Part shown: one piece after another, positions 49,255 to 62,482 of the stretch
How positions within the stretch are numbered: the first letter of the stretch is position 1
Layout: each line of letters opens with the position of its first letter
Assembly (NCBI GenBank): GCA_973895155.1
Contig: OZ316897.1
Coordinates: 19,781,224-19,845,223 of the forward strand
Direction: 5' to 3'
Length of the DNA: 64,000 nt
Source of the DNA: Marsupella aquatica
Lineage: Eukaryota > Plantae > Marchantiophyta
Position numbers and translations under genes: made by a program
The notes under the pieces: model-generated
Told to the model about the DNA's origin: nothing
Database searches by the model: none
Seen by the model: the letters and a program-made list of their open reading frames with translations, nothing else

Positions 49255-50735
49255 GTTCCCGTTTCTGACATCATAGAATCATGACTTTCAATTCATGACA
49301 TCATAGAATCATGACTTTCAGAAACTCAAGTACGCATTTGTGAAGAAGTGTTTATGGAAGCCAGTCTACTAGCTTCCACTATGATGGGGAATGCTTAATT
49401 TCAATGACTAAATGGAAACGGGAAGATCCCCAATTCTTCAACAATTACTATTGAGTCTTCATTTAACTCTTCAGAAACTACAAAATGATGACGTTTAATT
49501 AGTCACAATGGAAACATTCACAAAGGAGGCCTGCAAATGGGTTGCACGGCATCCTGAGCACGTACAGAAAGTTGCACGGCATCCTGAGCACATTAGAATA
49601 TATATATCTAAAACTGGTGGCTCCAGAACCCTAGCCGCTTTTACCCCTCTGATAAAGAATTGGAAGAAACAGCAGGTCTGAGACACGGGATTGAAGAAGC
49701 GCCAGCTCTCAACCCTTTTCGAAAATGAAAGGAAGAGAAATCTGAAGGATATTTCTGAGCTCCAAGAAAAACTGTATTGGCACTTTGAACCGCGCATCAC
49801 CAAAATTCTCGGAGATTAACAAAGCTCAGAATCACCCAAGGAGACAGCCGGCCAAAGAAAGACGAACGAAATTAATGGTTGTGGGTGGAAACTAGGCTTT
49901 TGAGTTGGATAGCTTTGTGAGTGCAGTCTTTTAAGAATACTACATCCCTGTTTGATGGAGAAATATTTGTTTTTCAGACACCAATTAAGACCTTTGGAAT
50001 CACAATAATTATTTTGTCATATATTAGCCAACTAATGTATTTGTCTGCATAATTTGACCTCCAAGATGACTTTGAAAGGTGATATATTCCACATTCAGAG
50101 TTTCATTGTCAACTTACTGCTAGATTGTTGGGCCGGCAAAGATCCACTTGTACAACAAGCGCATCCTGGCTATTTTATTCACCAAAGTTTTACGTGCAAA
50201 TTAAGCATGGGTCCGGCCGCTATTTTCTCAAATTAAACTAAGAGGGCTCAAAGCTCCTTTTCTTAGAACGATTTCTTCCAACTGTGCTTATAAACAAATC
50301 TATAATCTGTCTGATATCCAATCCTCCCCATCCAACCCACAAACCCGAATAAAAACACCAACCCCAAAACCGTAAACCCACAAACCTATACAACCGGCAA
50401 ACGTCTCTAACTACAAATTAACCCGAAACGGTCCGAAACTTTGTACGGGAAAACCTATTCAAGCCACAACCGCCTCATCTTCAGTCCAAAATTTACCCAA
50501 CCTATGGTCCCCAAACGTTCCACCTCAAAAACCCACATATCTGACCCATGACCCCCGAACCCCTCCTCCACCCCAAATCTGACAGTAAACCTGAGCCCCA
50601 AAGCAATAGACTGCTCATCCAGGCAACAACAAACCCTCCAACATAGAAGCACAACCAGAAGCATTCAACCTGAAAACAATAACACAACCAGAAAACACAA
50701 AAATCCTTGTCATCCAGGCCAATCCGCCCCATCCA
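49255..50735 (+). pseudogene. Degenerate duplicate of the homeodomain gene 3' part and downstream flank, with an internal inversion
   Basis: 49255-49875 matches ~46685-47245 directly with stops and indels; ~49876-50324 is the reverse complement of ~47263-47728; ~50325-50735 matches ~47730-48110 directly. Confidence 0.88.
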
Positions 50736-53700
50736 GAACCCGGGATCCAGAAACCACAAAAATCGTCGATGGAATCATCCTGAATGTTTCTTGTTGTTAG
50801 TATGGTGGGAGACACAGATTGCTCAGTACTGGGTGATAAAATAGCCTTTTTAGGTGGCCGTCTGCAAGTTCATTAGAAGCCTCTCCCGCTCAGACTACTC
50901 CACCTTGTCATCCCGAGAGTGCAAACAATTCCTGATTTGCCCTGACTGTCTCTCCACATGGAATGACCCTTCCTGCGTGCTAAATCCTTTGCTGTGATGT
51001 CCTGTCAGATCGACCTTGAGCGGCGCTGATCGTCCTCGATGGTCCTCGAATTCTAAATTCAGGCCAACACTCGTCGCTGAAATAACTTTAGTTGTTAAAC
51101 AACGTAGCTAGTCTTGTCATTATGAAAGACAAAAAAAAATCTCTCTTGCTCGTTCTCTCCCACAAAGGGGTACGGTTTCATTTCTTCCTAGGTAAAACGT
51201 ATCGCTGTTTTCATTCTAGATACTTCCATGATGTGTAACCTAGATCTATTATCTTCAAACCATTATATAGCTTCACCAGATTGCTTCATACTTAATCCTA
51301 TCAGTGCCACTTGCATAACAAGGAAATGCTTGAATGGATATATATCTCATCTCAGCAAAGAACCAATCCATGCCAACACAGCCCAATGCTACAGCAAGTC
51401 TTTTGAACATGGGATTGCTAGATATCGATTATTTAAGGGTTCACCAGTAGCTTGCTCGCCCAACCGAGCTGCAACGGCTCTTCTTGATTCGGAATCGATC
51501 TCCCATTGATTTACTAGCTAGAAGAGAAGCTAAGAAAATCGGCTTGTAGTTGTTGCACTGTATAAATCAAGAGGCTTGCCTAGCCTCACATGCACAGGCC
51601 AAGCTACAGTATCGTGTGAATCGAACTTTGGCAAAGTACAGAGGTATGTGCCTGAAGTTTTGTAGGGAGGCAATTGCAAGCCACCGAGCCCCGCAAAACA
51701 GTCATTGATCATTGTCAGGTTGATGACTGAAGTGACTCAAGAACCAAAAGCCCTACAAGGGACCTGGGTTTTTGGTTTTGGGGGATTTTGGTTGCGGACC
51801 GAGGGCTCAGCTGGAAAAGGCGCGCACAGGCGCGGGCACAGGAAGAGCAATACTGTAAATTGGAGAGAACAGTCGGACGGAGGGATGGAGGTTTTTGTAG
51901 AATATCAACAAGGTAATTTACGATGTTCAGTGGATAGAGCTATGTGTCTTGGTTCCATACAACAATGTGCAATGGTTGCAAAACGGATCGTACTAAAACA
52001 TGCATGGTCTAAATTATCACCATTTCAAGTTTGAGCCGGGAGCCGATAGTTCGTAGATGCTCCCATGACGGTTTGGCTTGAACGAGTTTAGGGTTACATA
52101 CGCCCCCATATGTGCGAAGGGGCCCCCATATGTGGAAAGGGGAGGCCCCCATATGTGGAAAGGGGAGTACTTGGCCAGTCTTAATAAAAAGTCGGGGATT
52201 TCATTTACACATAATTGGCACATGACCTTCCAAATAAATAATAAGATAATTTATTGGTTCTATAGGAAAATTTATGAACTTTCTTGAAAAGTACCTTAGG
52301 GTCTTTTAAATCTTTATCTTTATGGATATATGGAGTTCTTCATCAAACGATATGAACTTGATTCTGCATTTGATACTGTCTAGCTTTCATGTGTTTTCTC
52401 CTGGATTGCTTCGCTCCGTTTATTGTATCTTCATGGCTCTACCACTTTAGCTTCTATAGACTCATCTTTCCTCATAAAGGCAATAAATGCATATTTCATT
52501 TCAAGCTATATATATATATATATCATGGCTCCCCCTGCACAACTCTCTTGTAATCAATGTCTCTTTCTTCTTGCAATTGGTCTCCCTGTTACAATTTGTG
52601 GAGTCCGTGCAAGCCTCCAACAACTCAGGCTATATACCAACTTGTTACTCCTTGGAACTCACAAGGCAAAAACTGTCACGTCCCTGGTAGGAAATCAATT
52701 TCATCCTACCCTATGTGAGACTTTTACCTAGTTTGATGTTGGTGTTCTTAACTCTTACTTACAAGAAAGATCATTATCTCTGACTAGTGGCTCTGTAATT
52801 ACCCTTGGTAATAAGTGGGTTTTTGCCAATTCTCTTATGAGAGTTTGTAGAGTTACCTTCAATACTACAACTGCACATAAATCTTCAACAGAGCATCAAT
52901 TTAGGGCTAAAAAGTAGTGTCAATGACTTCTAAATGGGAAATGATGTATGAACCAGTACCCACCACAGTGGGTTCCCCCTGCAGTACGCAATACGAGTGA
53001 CTCTTTTAAAGTTTCAACAGGCAAACTCTGAAACAAAATGGAGGGGAAGAAGAGAAAGTCCCCTCAGAAAGTTTCCCTCCTGTTAGCCATTATATTGGAA
53101 TTGCACTTTAACTCAAACTTGGAGAAGCTCTAAAGCGGGTAACGTGCATGTGCAATTCCGACTACCACTTTGCGCCTTCTCCTACTTCTTTCTTAAATTG
53201 GAGTACTATTCATTATCAATTTAGAATCAACTCAGAATCTCAGAGGCTTAATAGAGTTGTCACCCAGTTGTCACTGTTGTAGCTGCTCGGCAATGCAGTC
53301 GACTGGCAATAATGCAACTTTAAGCACAAACGAGCACGAGATGTAGAACAGTGTAGAACTGGCTTGTAAAGGAATTGATTCAAGGAGGCGCATACCCGCG
53401 GCACTCTCACAACAAGTGTCAACAGCTAGTAAACGTCTCAGACATAAACCGCTCACTAAATACACGTACTTTGTGTTTCATATCAGTGGTCTAAATTGGA
53501 GTGATGATCTACCTTTGGATGATCAGATTTAGAGAAGGAACCGATTCTGACTGATTGACATAGACCATGTAGGCCCTAAACCGTAAACTCTCGAACACTT
53601 TGCTGTTATGTATCCATCCACATTGATCCGTTGCCAGAGTTTTGATCTGCCTTTTAGACTCAAAAGTGCATTTCCATACATGCATGTAAAGGTGAGCTTG

Positions 53701-54073
53701 CACTGACCATGAGACATACGAAGATTTGCTCGAGGGTGGATGGCCGTGTGGAGTGAGCCCAAAAACGAGTAGGCTTTCAGACCGATTATAGAATTTAATT
53801 GATGTGGAATCACTACTGACTGTGCTGAATTCTGCTATGTTTTGTCTTCGTTAGAGGTGCCATGATATATCCTGTTATTCATTACAAAGAATGTCAAATT
53901 AGATTGCTTATTATTTATAAGGTGAGTTGAATTGTATTTCGACAATTTTTTACTCACACATCATCGACGATCAGGAATTAGCGGCTCAAATAATTTATAT
54001 ATATATATACAACTGAGAAATACAAAAGTGTACTCGTCAGGCAACGAGCTTACACCCGCTCTTGCACTAAATA

Positions 54074-54682
54074 TCAGTTCTCTGATTTGGACTCTACGAA
54101 GACTGGAAGAATTAGATCAAATGCAGTATGTAGATCTTTCTGTTTCTTAAAGCCCGCAACGACAACTTTTCCGGATGAAAAAGCTAAAAAAGTCATCTTT
54201 GGTTTCTGGATCCTGCCCACAAAGGCAGGAAATATTTCAGGTTCCCATATGCCGGGAAAAGGTTTCCTCAACGATAGATGAATGAGGTTGAGCTTGAATG
54301 GCAGCTCTATGATTCCAACCATGTTTACCACTTGCCAGTTCTTAAACTGCACTCGAGCGTAATCCAATTTCTGCATAACTCGGGCAATTTTCCTGCATGC
54401 CAATCTGGAGGCGTCTTCGTGCGTCGCTCCAGTGACAATTACTCTCCCTGAAGGAAAGATGAGAGCTGTAGTTTTTGGCTCTCTGATTCTCATGACCACA
54501 GCATTAAACTTCCTTGGGTTGTACTCTGCGTTCAGAGCTCTCCTCGCGATGTCCGTGGGGTCCACTTTAATACCCAAATCGAAGCCGGAAACAACATTCG
54601 TCATCCTCGGTGTGATGGACTCCTGAAGTTTCTTGTAATGACTTCTAAAGTTTTCTTTGGCCCCAGAAACTACTCGCTCCAT
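54074..54682 (-). CDS. Divergent intronless TATA-binding-protein-like protein, 202 aa
   Basis: NAEYNPRKFNAVVMRIREPKTTALIFPSGRVIVTGA (repeat 1) and WEPEIFPAFVGRIQKPKMTFLAFSSGKVVVAG (repeat 2); single open frame. Confidence 0.88.
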   Translation of the reverse strand: MERVVSGAKENFRSHYKKLQESITPRMTNVVSGFDLGIKVDPTDIARRALNAEYNPRKFNAVVMRIREPKTTALIFPSGRVIVTGATHEDASRLACRKIARVMQKLDYARVQFKNWQVVNMVGIIELPFKLNLIHLSLRKPFPGIWEPEIFPAFVGRIQKPKMTFLAFSSGKVVVAGFKKQKDLHTAFDLILPVFVESKSEN

Positions 54683-57407
54683 CGATAGCTAATTGATTCC
54701 AGAAATGGGCGATAGACGCAAAATGTGATATATATATTCTCAAGGAAGTTGCTCGAGCCAAAAGTTAACAGCCAGATCTATGTGATTCTGAACTGAAGGA
54801 AGATGCTCCAGCTAAAAGTAAAGAGCCAGATTTATGGAGGGCTGCAAGAAGAGCTGAGTGCGATTACCGCTATCCTAAACTGCCTTATATGCAGGGTTAC
54901 CGCGTTGTTGGTCAGTCCTCAATATCATCGTACTGAACGGTTCGTGGGTAAAGAAGCTTCCGTCTTTGGTCCTGTTCTCGTCCCCGTTCTCATCCTGTCA
55001 CTTGTCAGTTGTGAGAGGCCATGTCATCCTTTGTTACCCGGTGCTGCCGTTTTCTAAATAAGTTGTGAATGGCCATGTCATACTTTGTTACCCGGTGCTG
55101 CAGTTTTCTAAATAACTGGAGACTCTAATACGACAGACAATCCCGCATCAGTGATTTTTGGTTGGCTTCAATCAACTTGTAAGATTAAGCTAAGCTAATC
55201 ATCCATCTACTGTCCCCTTTTCTATAGGTCTTCAGCCCGCTCGTCAGTGTTGACCAATGTAGGCATTCGGGAAACCTCTATCCAGTTAAGGTTTTTCTTT
55301 TTTGGCATTGGTGCCCATTGTCACCCTGAGCGAAGGAGAAGATTGTCACCTTGTGTGAAAGAGAAGATGTGAGGAATGTTCTTTGTCTATTTTTACCAAA
55401 ATGAACTAACAAGATGGGATGTCTTGGCATTGGCATTGCACAAAAGATGTTGAGGTGAGATAGGGTGAGAAAAGATAATGAGACCTTGGTGGAAAGGGTG
55501 AGAAAAGATATTGAGCCCTAACTTGGTCCTCAATCTCAGCTAGTATGTGAAGCACATGCCTTAATTCATTTTGAAGTAATAGTTTTTATAATAACAAGTG
55601 AAGTTTTCATAGTAAAATGAGAAAATAAAGGGTAAATAATTAAGAAGAGGTCACAATGGCAAGGGGGTTCACTTCTTTTACACAGAGTGAGGGCAGGCCC
55701 AGGGATGTTCGGGGGGGGGGGGGGTTCACTTCCACAAATGTAAGTAAGGGGCGTTTGATTCATTTTAGGGAAGTACTGGCTCCCTTTACCTATGCTTTAT
55801 GGGCTATGTTTTGAAAACCTAATCCGATGAGAAAGGTACTGTACTTGCAATTGAATTCGTTGACGAACATTGGGCAACTTGTCCAATAATGTGATATGGA
55901 GCCGTTTCCCTACCCCTTCATAATATCTACAAAAGTCCCGAAAGCTACCGTACTCGCTGGGAGCGTGATTCAATCAAGTATCGTTGCGAACAGTCTGTCG
56001 GGCCCACGAATTGATTGACATTGTCTGTAAAACGCGTCCAGGACAACATTGCCAAGCAGAGTGAAGCATCTTGGAAACCAGAATCCCTTCAAAGACTGCT
56101 ACAATCGTGAGCACGAAATGAGTCGAATCACTGATTAGAGTTACGAACAGTAGGAGTTTGACTTTTTGCTCAGTGCTTTCGAAGGATCCATCTCATTTCT
56201 ATTCGGCGATTATGTACTTAGCACCACAGCCGTCACATGCGTAAACCTTAAAAACAAGCTATGAGGGTCGTCGATCACGCGCCCCATCACTTGAGTGGTT
56301 ACTATGCGCCAGTCTTCGTCCTCTTTTTACGTTTGTCGATAGTAAAACTTAGTCTCAAATGATAACGTAGCGTTTCTGTTCAGATAGCTACACTACTTTG
56401 GTTTAAACAGAGGCGCGAGTCTCCGAGTTATTTGTTGAAATTCTGGCCGCTTCTTTTCTAATGAGACGTGCGTCTCCTCCGAGTTATCTGCTGAATCTTG
56501 AGTCTCGCCCATAACGTGCTAATCATAGCCCTTCCCCTTGCCTGGAATGAAGCTTTTCACGTAATTTTGGAGAGTAGCCTCAAATGTGAAACAAAACATG
56601 TACAATGGCTTCACTGACACTCGACGTGAGCCAGTGCTCGACCAACCATTCTTTCTCATCGTCCTATATAATGATAGATAGTTAGTCTAGGCTCCTCATC
56701 TCGCTCATCATAACTCGAAGTACGACATTCTGGGCTTCTCGGGCGTCTTCGAGAGCTCCTAAAAGTACTTGTCCGCACCTCAGAAGGCTTCTTCTTGCTC
56801 GGCTCCGAAATCCAAACTCTTGATAGTGAGCTGTGTAGGTCCATTATCGATCAGAAACCAAGCTGCTCGTGACGAATTGAGTTAACGAGGCAGAGGAGTT
56901 GGAAAAATCGCTGATAGTAGGTCCATTTGCACATACTCAAGCGGATCGGCCACAGTTGGGTAAAATCATTTATAACTTTGGGCCTTGCTAAAATTTTGAA
57001 GGATTGCATTGAAGATGGGAGACTGATGAATTATGCGGTGGATAAATTGTTTGCAAAAGTCTTGCTTTCCAACGCTTTCAACGGCCATGCGTCTTGGTAG
57101 CCAATATATTGTTGAATGTGGTGATTCATAGGATTATCCTTCCGCATTAACATTTGCATAGTTATTACAGTACCGTCGGTCATGACCGGGGCAGATCGGG
57201 AGAAAAAAACCCCGAAAAAGTTCTTGTAGAGAGATGCGTGAGTTCTATTCGGTCTGAAGCTTGAGTTTCCCATTGTTCTGACTGTGGATTTCAATAGGTA
57301 ACCAGCTAGCAGCGCTACGGTGGCGGCGAGGGATTGCGCTTACGGTCAACAGTCACTCAAGCTTTAGTTTCTAAACCGTCCCTAGGAAATCAGAAAAGAG
57401 ATCGAAA

Positions 57408-59197
57408 ATGTATTGCATAGCAAAACCATCCGAGTACTTAATTATCACTGGGTGGGGTATCGAGGACATACAACTCGCCAAGAAAGGATGGATATTCCCG
57501 TTCCAATCCTGTCGAACGTTCGATATCAGCCCCAGGAACTATTCGTTCGATGTCCACGCAATGAGCATAGAAAAGCTTCCATTCACTCTTCCAGCTGTTT
57601 TCACGATTGGCCCTCGAGATGAGTCAGAATCGCTCATACGATATGCAAAGCTCATCGCCCCCCTTGACGACGGCCACAATAACAGCAATAATATTACCGA
57701 TCTGATCAAGGGAGTCGTGGAGGGAGAGACCCGAGTCATGGCAGCTGGAATGTCGATGGAGCAAGTTTTCAGGGGTGCGAAGGAATTCAAAGAGGAAGTG
57801 TTTGAAAAAGTACAGCTGGAGCTCAACCAATTTGGGCTCCACATCTACAACGCCAACATCAAGCAGCTCGAGGACATCAAAGGTCATGAGTATTTTTCTT
57901 ACCTGGGTCAGAAAACACAACAAGAGGCCGCCAACCAAGCCAAGGTGGATGTAGCAGAGGCCAAGTACAAAGGTGACACTGGTGCCAAGGAGCGACAAGG
58001 TCTCACCCTCCGTAACGCAGCTAAGGTGGAAGCTGAAACGAAAATATATACCAAGACTCAAACAGCAGAGGCACGGCAACAAGAATTGAAGGTAACGTAG
58101 TGTTCAGATCCTGACCGCGATTCCTGATCAATTAAGCTTTATTTGAATCATTTGAAACGCGACTCTTCAGTATCATTTTCTAATCCAGGAACGATTTATC
58201 TATATCTGCAGATGGATGCTACGACTAAAGTTTTTGAAAACGAAAGGGAGGCAGAAATGGCAGAGGCAAATGCGAACTTGGCAATGAAGAAATCCCAATG
58301 GTTGCAACAATCTAAGATTGCAGAAATTGAATCCAGCCGGACAGCAGCTATTCGAGATGCGGAGCTGCTGCAGGCGCTGGAGCGGAAGAAGGCCTTAGCA
58401 GAGACAGAGAGGCTTCGGGGAAATGCGTTGGCGAAGGCAACAGTCGACTACGAGGTGAAGGTGCAGGCCACCAACGCTGATGTCTATAAATTACAGAAGG
58501 ACGCAGACGCTGATCTCTATAATCGTCAGAAGCGAGCTGAAGGTCTCCTCAAAGAAGCCGATGCCTATCTCTATCGCCAACAAAAGGAGGCCGAGGCCTT
58601 CCTCTACAATAAACAAAAGGAAGCTGAAGGTATCGTCTCGCACAATTAAACTCTTTCAGACATTTGTCTTGCATGTATGACTCAGAGACCTGTCCTTCTA
58701 AAGACCTTGTCGAGGTAATCTTGTCGAGGAGAATTGTCGAGGAAAAGCTTTCTCTTGAATGGTGTTGTGCTATCGTACCAATGAACGACGTAATGTGTTC
58801 ACGTTGGGTTCGTAATGCCTTGAATTGTCTTGTGTGCGCAGGAATTCGTCTCATGGCTGAAGCTCAAGGCGCCTATGTCGAATCTATGCTTACGGCCTTT
58901 AAAGGCAATGTTGGTGCCCTCCACGACTACATGATGCTCGACAGGAAAGTGTATCAAGAAATGGGACAGATCAACGCTGAAGCGATCAGGGGGTTGCAGC
59001 CGAAAATGTCCGTCTGGACGACAGGAAGTGGGGATGGCTCGAATTCAGCGGGAAACGCTGCAAAGTCCATTGCAGATATCTACAGGATGATCCCTCCCCT
59101 CCTAACAACAATCAAAGATCAGACAGGCCTCGGAGAAGAGTCGATGCCTCCTTTTAGCGTCATTTCTGGTTCAACACCACTGGTTACTAATGAATGA
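57408..59197 (+). CDS. FLOT: Flotillin-like SPFH protein, 3 exons
   Basis: Exons 57408-58091, 58212-58629, 58842-59197. Motifs [48 protein letters not shown]-rich coiled coil and [10 protein letters not shown]. Confidence 0.95.
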
Positions 59198-59883
59198 ATG
59201 AGGTCCAGTAAGTAAGTCAACAAATAGTGAGCTTGCTTAGTTTGTTTGGAGTTATGCTCTGTCGATCAGGGAGAGATCCTTCCCACGGCTAGAAGCCTAG
59301 TCAGCCACCACTGGGGTAACTTTATTTGTGCTGCTAATCTGGCCAAGTTGAAAGTGATACTCAGTTTAAAATCAAAATTAGAATCAGAAACGTGAATCCT
59401 CGATCAGATTAGATTTACAAAAGCTGGTTATGGTAACAGCTCATGTTTCAGAACTTAGTACTGCTGCCAAATTATTTTCCAGGCACCATTCGTAACATTT
59501 TGCAGTCTTGCACTTCCAGGGATCAATCCTGCATTGAATTGGGACCGTCCTTGATGGCCGGGATAACAAGGTCACAGCCAAACGTTTTCGATCTAGAATT
59601 TCTGCTTAAAGGAATAACTGGCTCAAGGCCAGGACAAATCGGCGACATTGCCGTTCCTTGACTCTCTCAGGAAGGTGCTGAGCATATCCCCTACTAAAAC
59701 AAATATAAGGAAAGCCACAGAATATTGAAATACCTTTGTGTTCTTGAAATACAAAAAAATATTGAAGTTCAATGGGGGGACCACTATACCTCTTAACCTT
59801 ATCCAGGGTTGCATGAAACTTCGCCCACTGAAGGTATATCCACCAGATTGGACCACCGTTAGCTGTGCACGCCTAATGTTTAA

Positions 59884-60193
59884 ACCACAACTGTGTGGAT
59901 AAAAGTGCCCCTTCCCTTACCCGGGCACTCTTCATAAAAACCACAACTGTCCATATAAATTAAAGGGCCCCCTCCTCTACCCCGGCACTCTTCATTCCTT
60001 CTTGGCTAGGGGGTTTAATTTTTGCAAAAATGGTATATCATATGCAAGAAGCATAGTGTCATTTTATGTAATCGATTCTAAAAACAAAAGACTGTCTATC
60101 TGACGAGACTCAAGCCCAGTAGGTTGCCCTAGGGGTTACTCATATCAGTTGACCAATTAGAGCCCCATAATGAGTCATAGGGGTAGTTGTGGT
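59884..60193. mobile_element. Possible short non-autonomous relative of the TTAA/ACCACAA transposon
   Basis: TTAA|ACCACAACT ... AGTTGTGGT|TTAC; the left end is tandemly duplicated (second ACCACAACT at 59940). Confidence 0.45.
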
Positions 60194-62482
60194 TTACGTT
60201 CGAGTTCAAGTGGTCTACAAAGATAATCATGCTTTCCCAGCAACGTCAAAATTAATTCAAAATATTATGTGATATTTTTTAATTGGCTGGAACATTTTAG
60301 TTTTGACTGTATTTTATCATTTAATATAATTATTTTCATTCATTGGGGCCTTGGGCAAGTAGGTGTAAGGTGGACATGATTGAGAAATTTTACTCATGAA
60401 CTACTGTTATTTGCTCCTATTTTTTAATACTTCTTGTAAACAAAGAATCGTTATGGTTTTATTGGTCACTAACTGGACTACCCATGCTTTGAAAGTGAAA
60501 AGAGGTAAGGATTAAATAGTGTTTGACCCTCAATGACCACAGCTGCCCAAAGTGATGCCTGTTTCACTATAGCTCTTGACCCTCAATGATGCCAACTCAC
60601 AATTTTGTAACCGGTCTCCCTAATGCATTGAGTCTCTTCATATCTTGGGGTTAACTTAGTGTGTATTTTGGGTACCACGTGCGATCCTAACCTAATATAC
60701 TATACTCATATTTCACAAAGAATATATTTTAAAAATATTTTATATCTTCAATATTAATGATTTATTTTACTTTATAAAAGATATATTTATTGTACTAAAG
60801 AATATTTTACAAATTTGAGTTTACAATATCTTCTTTTACCTCTTACACCTTATTTAACAAGCTTTCATCAAAAATACATATTTTGGATTGCATGTGGTTC
60901 TTAGTTACCAATTTTTGAAGTAAACCACCAACTTCACATGCAGCCCAAGCCTACTTCACCAACCTTTCTTCACAGGCAGTCCTATTTTCAGATGTGGTGC
61001 ACTACTCCTGGTGCACTACTCCTGGCAATATGCCACCCCCATCCATAATACAATTATCCCTAAGATTAGGCCCCCTAAGTCTAGTTGGAGGAGAGGAGGG
61101 AGGCCTTCAAAGAAGCTTTGCATCATGATTTAATAGCAAAATGCCAATTCTTTTAACACTATGATCTTTTCTGATACCTCCCAAGCTGAAAATCTTTGGA
61201 TCCCTTATTATAATGGTTGATTAGAATAATGGTTGGATTCACTCCTTTCTCCCTTGGCCAATATTTTCTTGGTCTCTCCTTGACATCTTTGCGGCACTTT
61301 GACATCTAAGTTTGTGATGACATTTTTTTCCTTGATCTGACATCTTTGTTTCACCTTTGACATTTTGTCTCATTTCAGCATTTTTTTTGCGTGGACATGA
61401 TCTGTGCAATGGAGATTTGTGCAACGGAGAGCATTGGCCTCGTAATTAATAAAATAATGGTCCAGGGGACTCCGCATTGTACAAGTTATTCCTATAGCAG
61501 TAAAGCACTCTGTGTGAGTCTATCGCTCGGTTCCATTGTAACAACGAGTCAATTAGACGTGATCAATTGATGTACAAGCCAGAGCTGTACTTTTCCGGAA
61601 CAACTGTCTTCCTATTAGTAATCGATACTGGTGGACAATTCTGTGGTGATCTGGATCACATCTATGGCGTGCTAGGTTGACCTGATTGAATTTAGAAGGT
61701 CGAGGGAGGAGTGGAGGACACGGCCGTCAGGGGGCTGAATGAGGATGATCATTCTGCACTTTCGATAGGGTACTAGAGCTGAGGTGGTTCACCAGAGACG
61801 TGCAGGGCTAAAGTATTGAGTAGGGGAAAGGACAAGTAGATCTTCGTCAGCATGACCTGCGAAATGCAATTGACAATTTGACATACAGCTTTTGGCGAAT
61901 TATGTCAGCCTCAGTGGATTCCACAGGCCAGCCTGACGACCACCATTACGTGGGCGGTGATGGTTTCTGTGGGTTTTGCTGGGTTTCCGATTCAAGATGG
62001 GAAGGTCAGGATCTCGGCTGTTCCGTTTCTCAGCCCAACTCACCGGGCCATCGAGGTTCACTTCCCACTTCCGCAATTCATCATTTGATGCCTTGCACGA
62101 GCTCGATGGGCGGAATCCAGGTAAAAGGGCGTGGAAAGTCGAATCAGGACTATGCCTTTCTAGTTGGAGGTCTAGAAGGACAGATGACTCTGCAGCTAGG
62201 GTTCGTCCAAGTGAATCCGCCATTGGCCGAGATTAGAAGGCTGGTCTCGTCGATGGCATGGCAAGTCGACCGAGGATGTCCCGTACACTCCTTGTTGGTT
62301 GAATTGGTTTCGACTGAGGCGGCCCGCCCAGGCCTAGACTTGTGAGTAAGTCTAAAGAGCGGTGGTTATCATTGCCATTTCAGCGCATGGCAGGTCGTTT
62401 CCATAGAAATGTGGAATGGTCCAACTCGCTGGCAAGCGGTAACGGTACGAGTTAGAGATTTAGGCAGGGCAATCTCTCACCA

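Noticed and set aside
61878-62345. Overlapping 86-155 aa ORFs upstream of the DUF247 gene
   Set aside because: No recognisable domain and non-ATG starts; likely UTR or promoter sequence.
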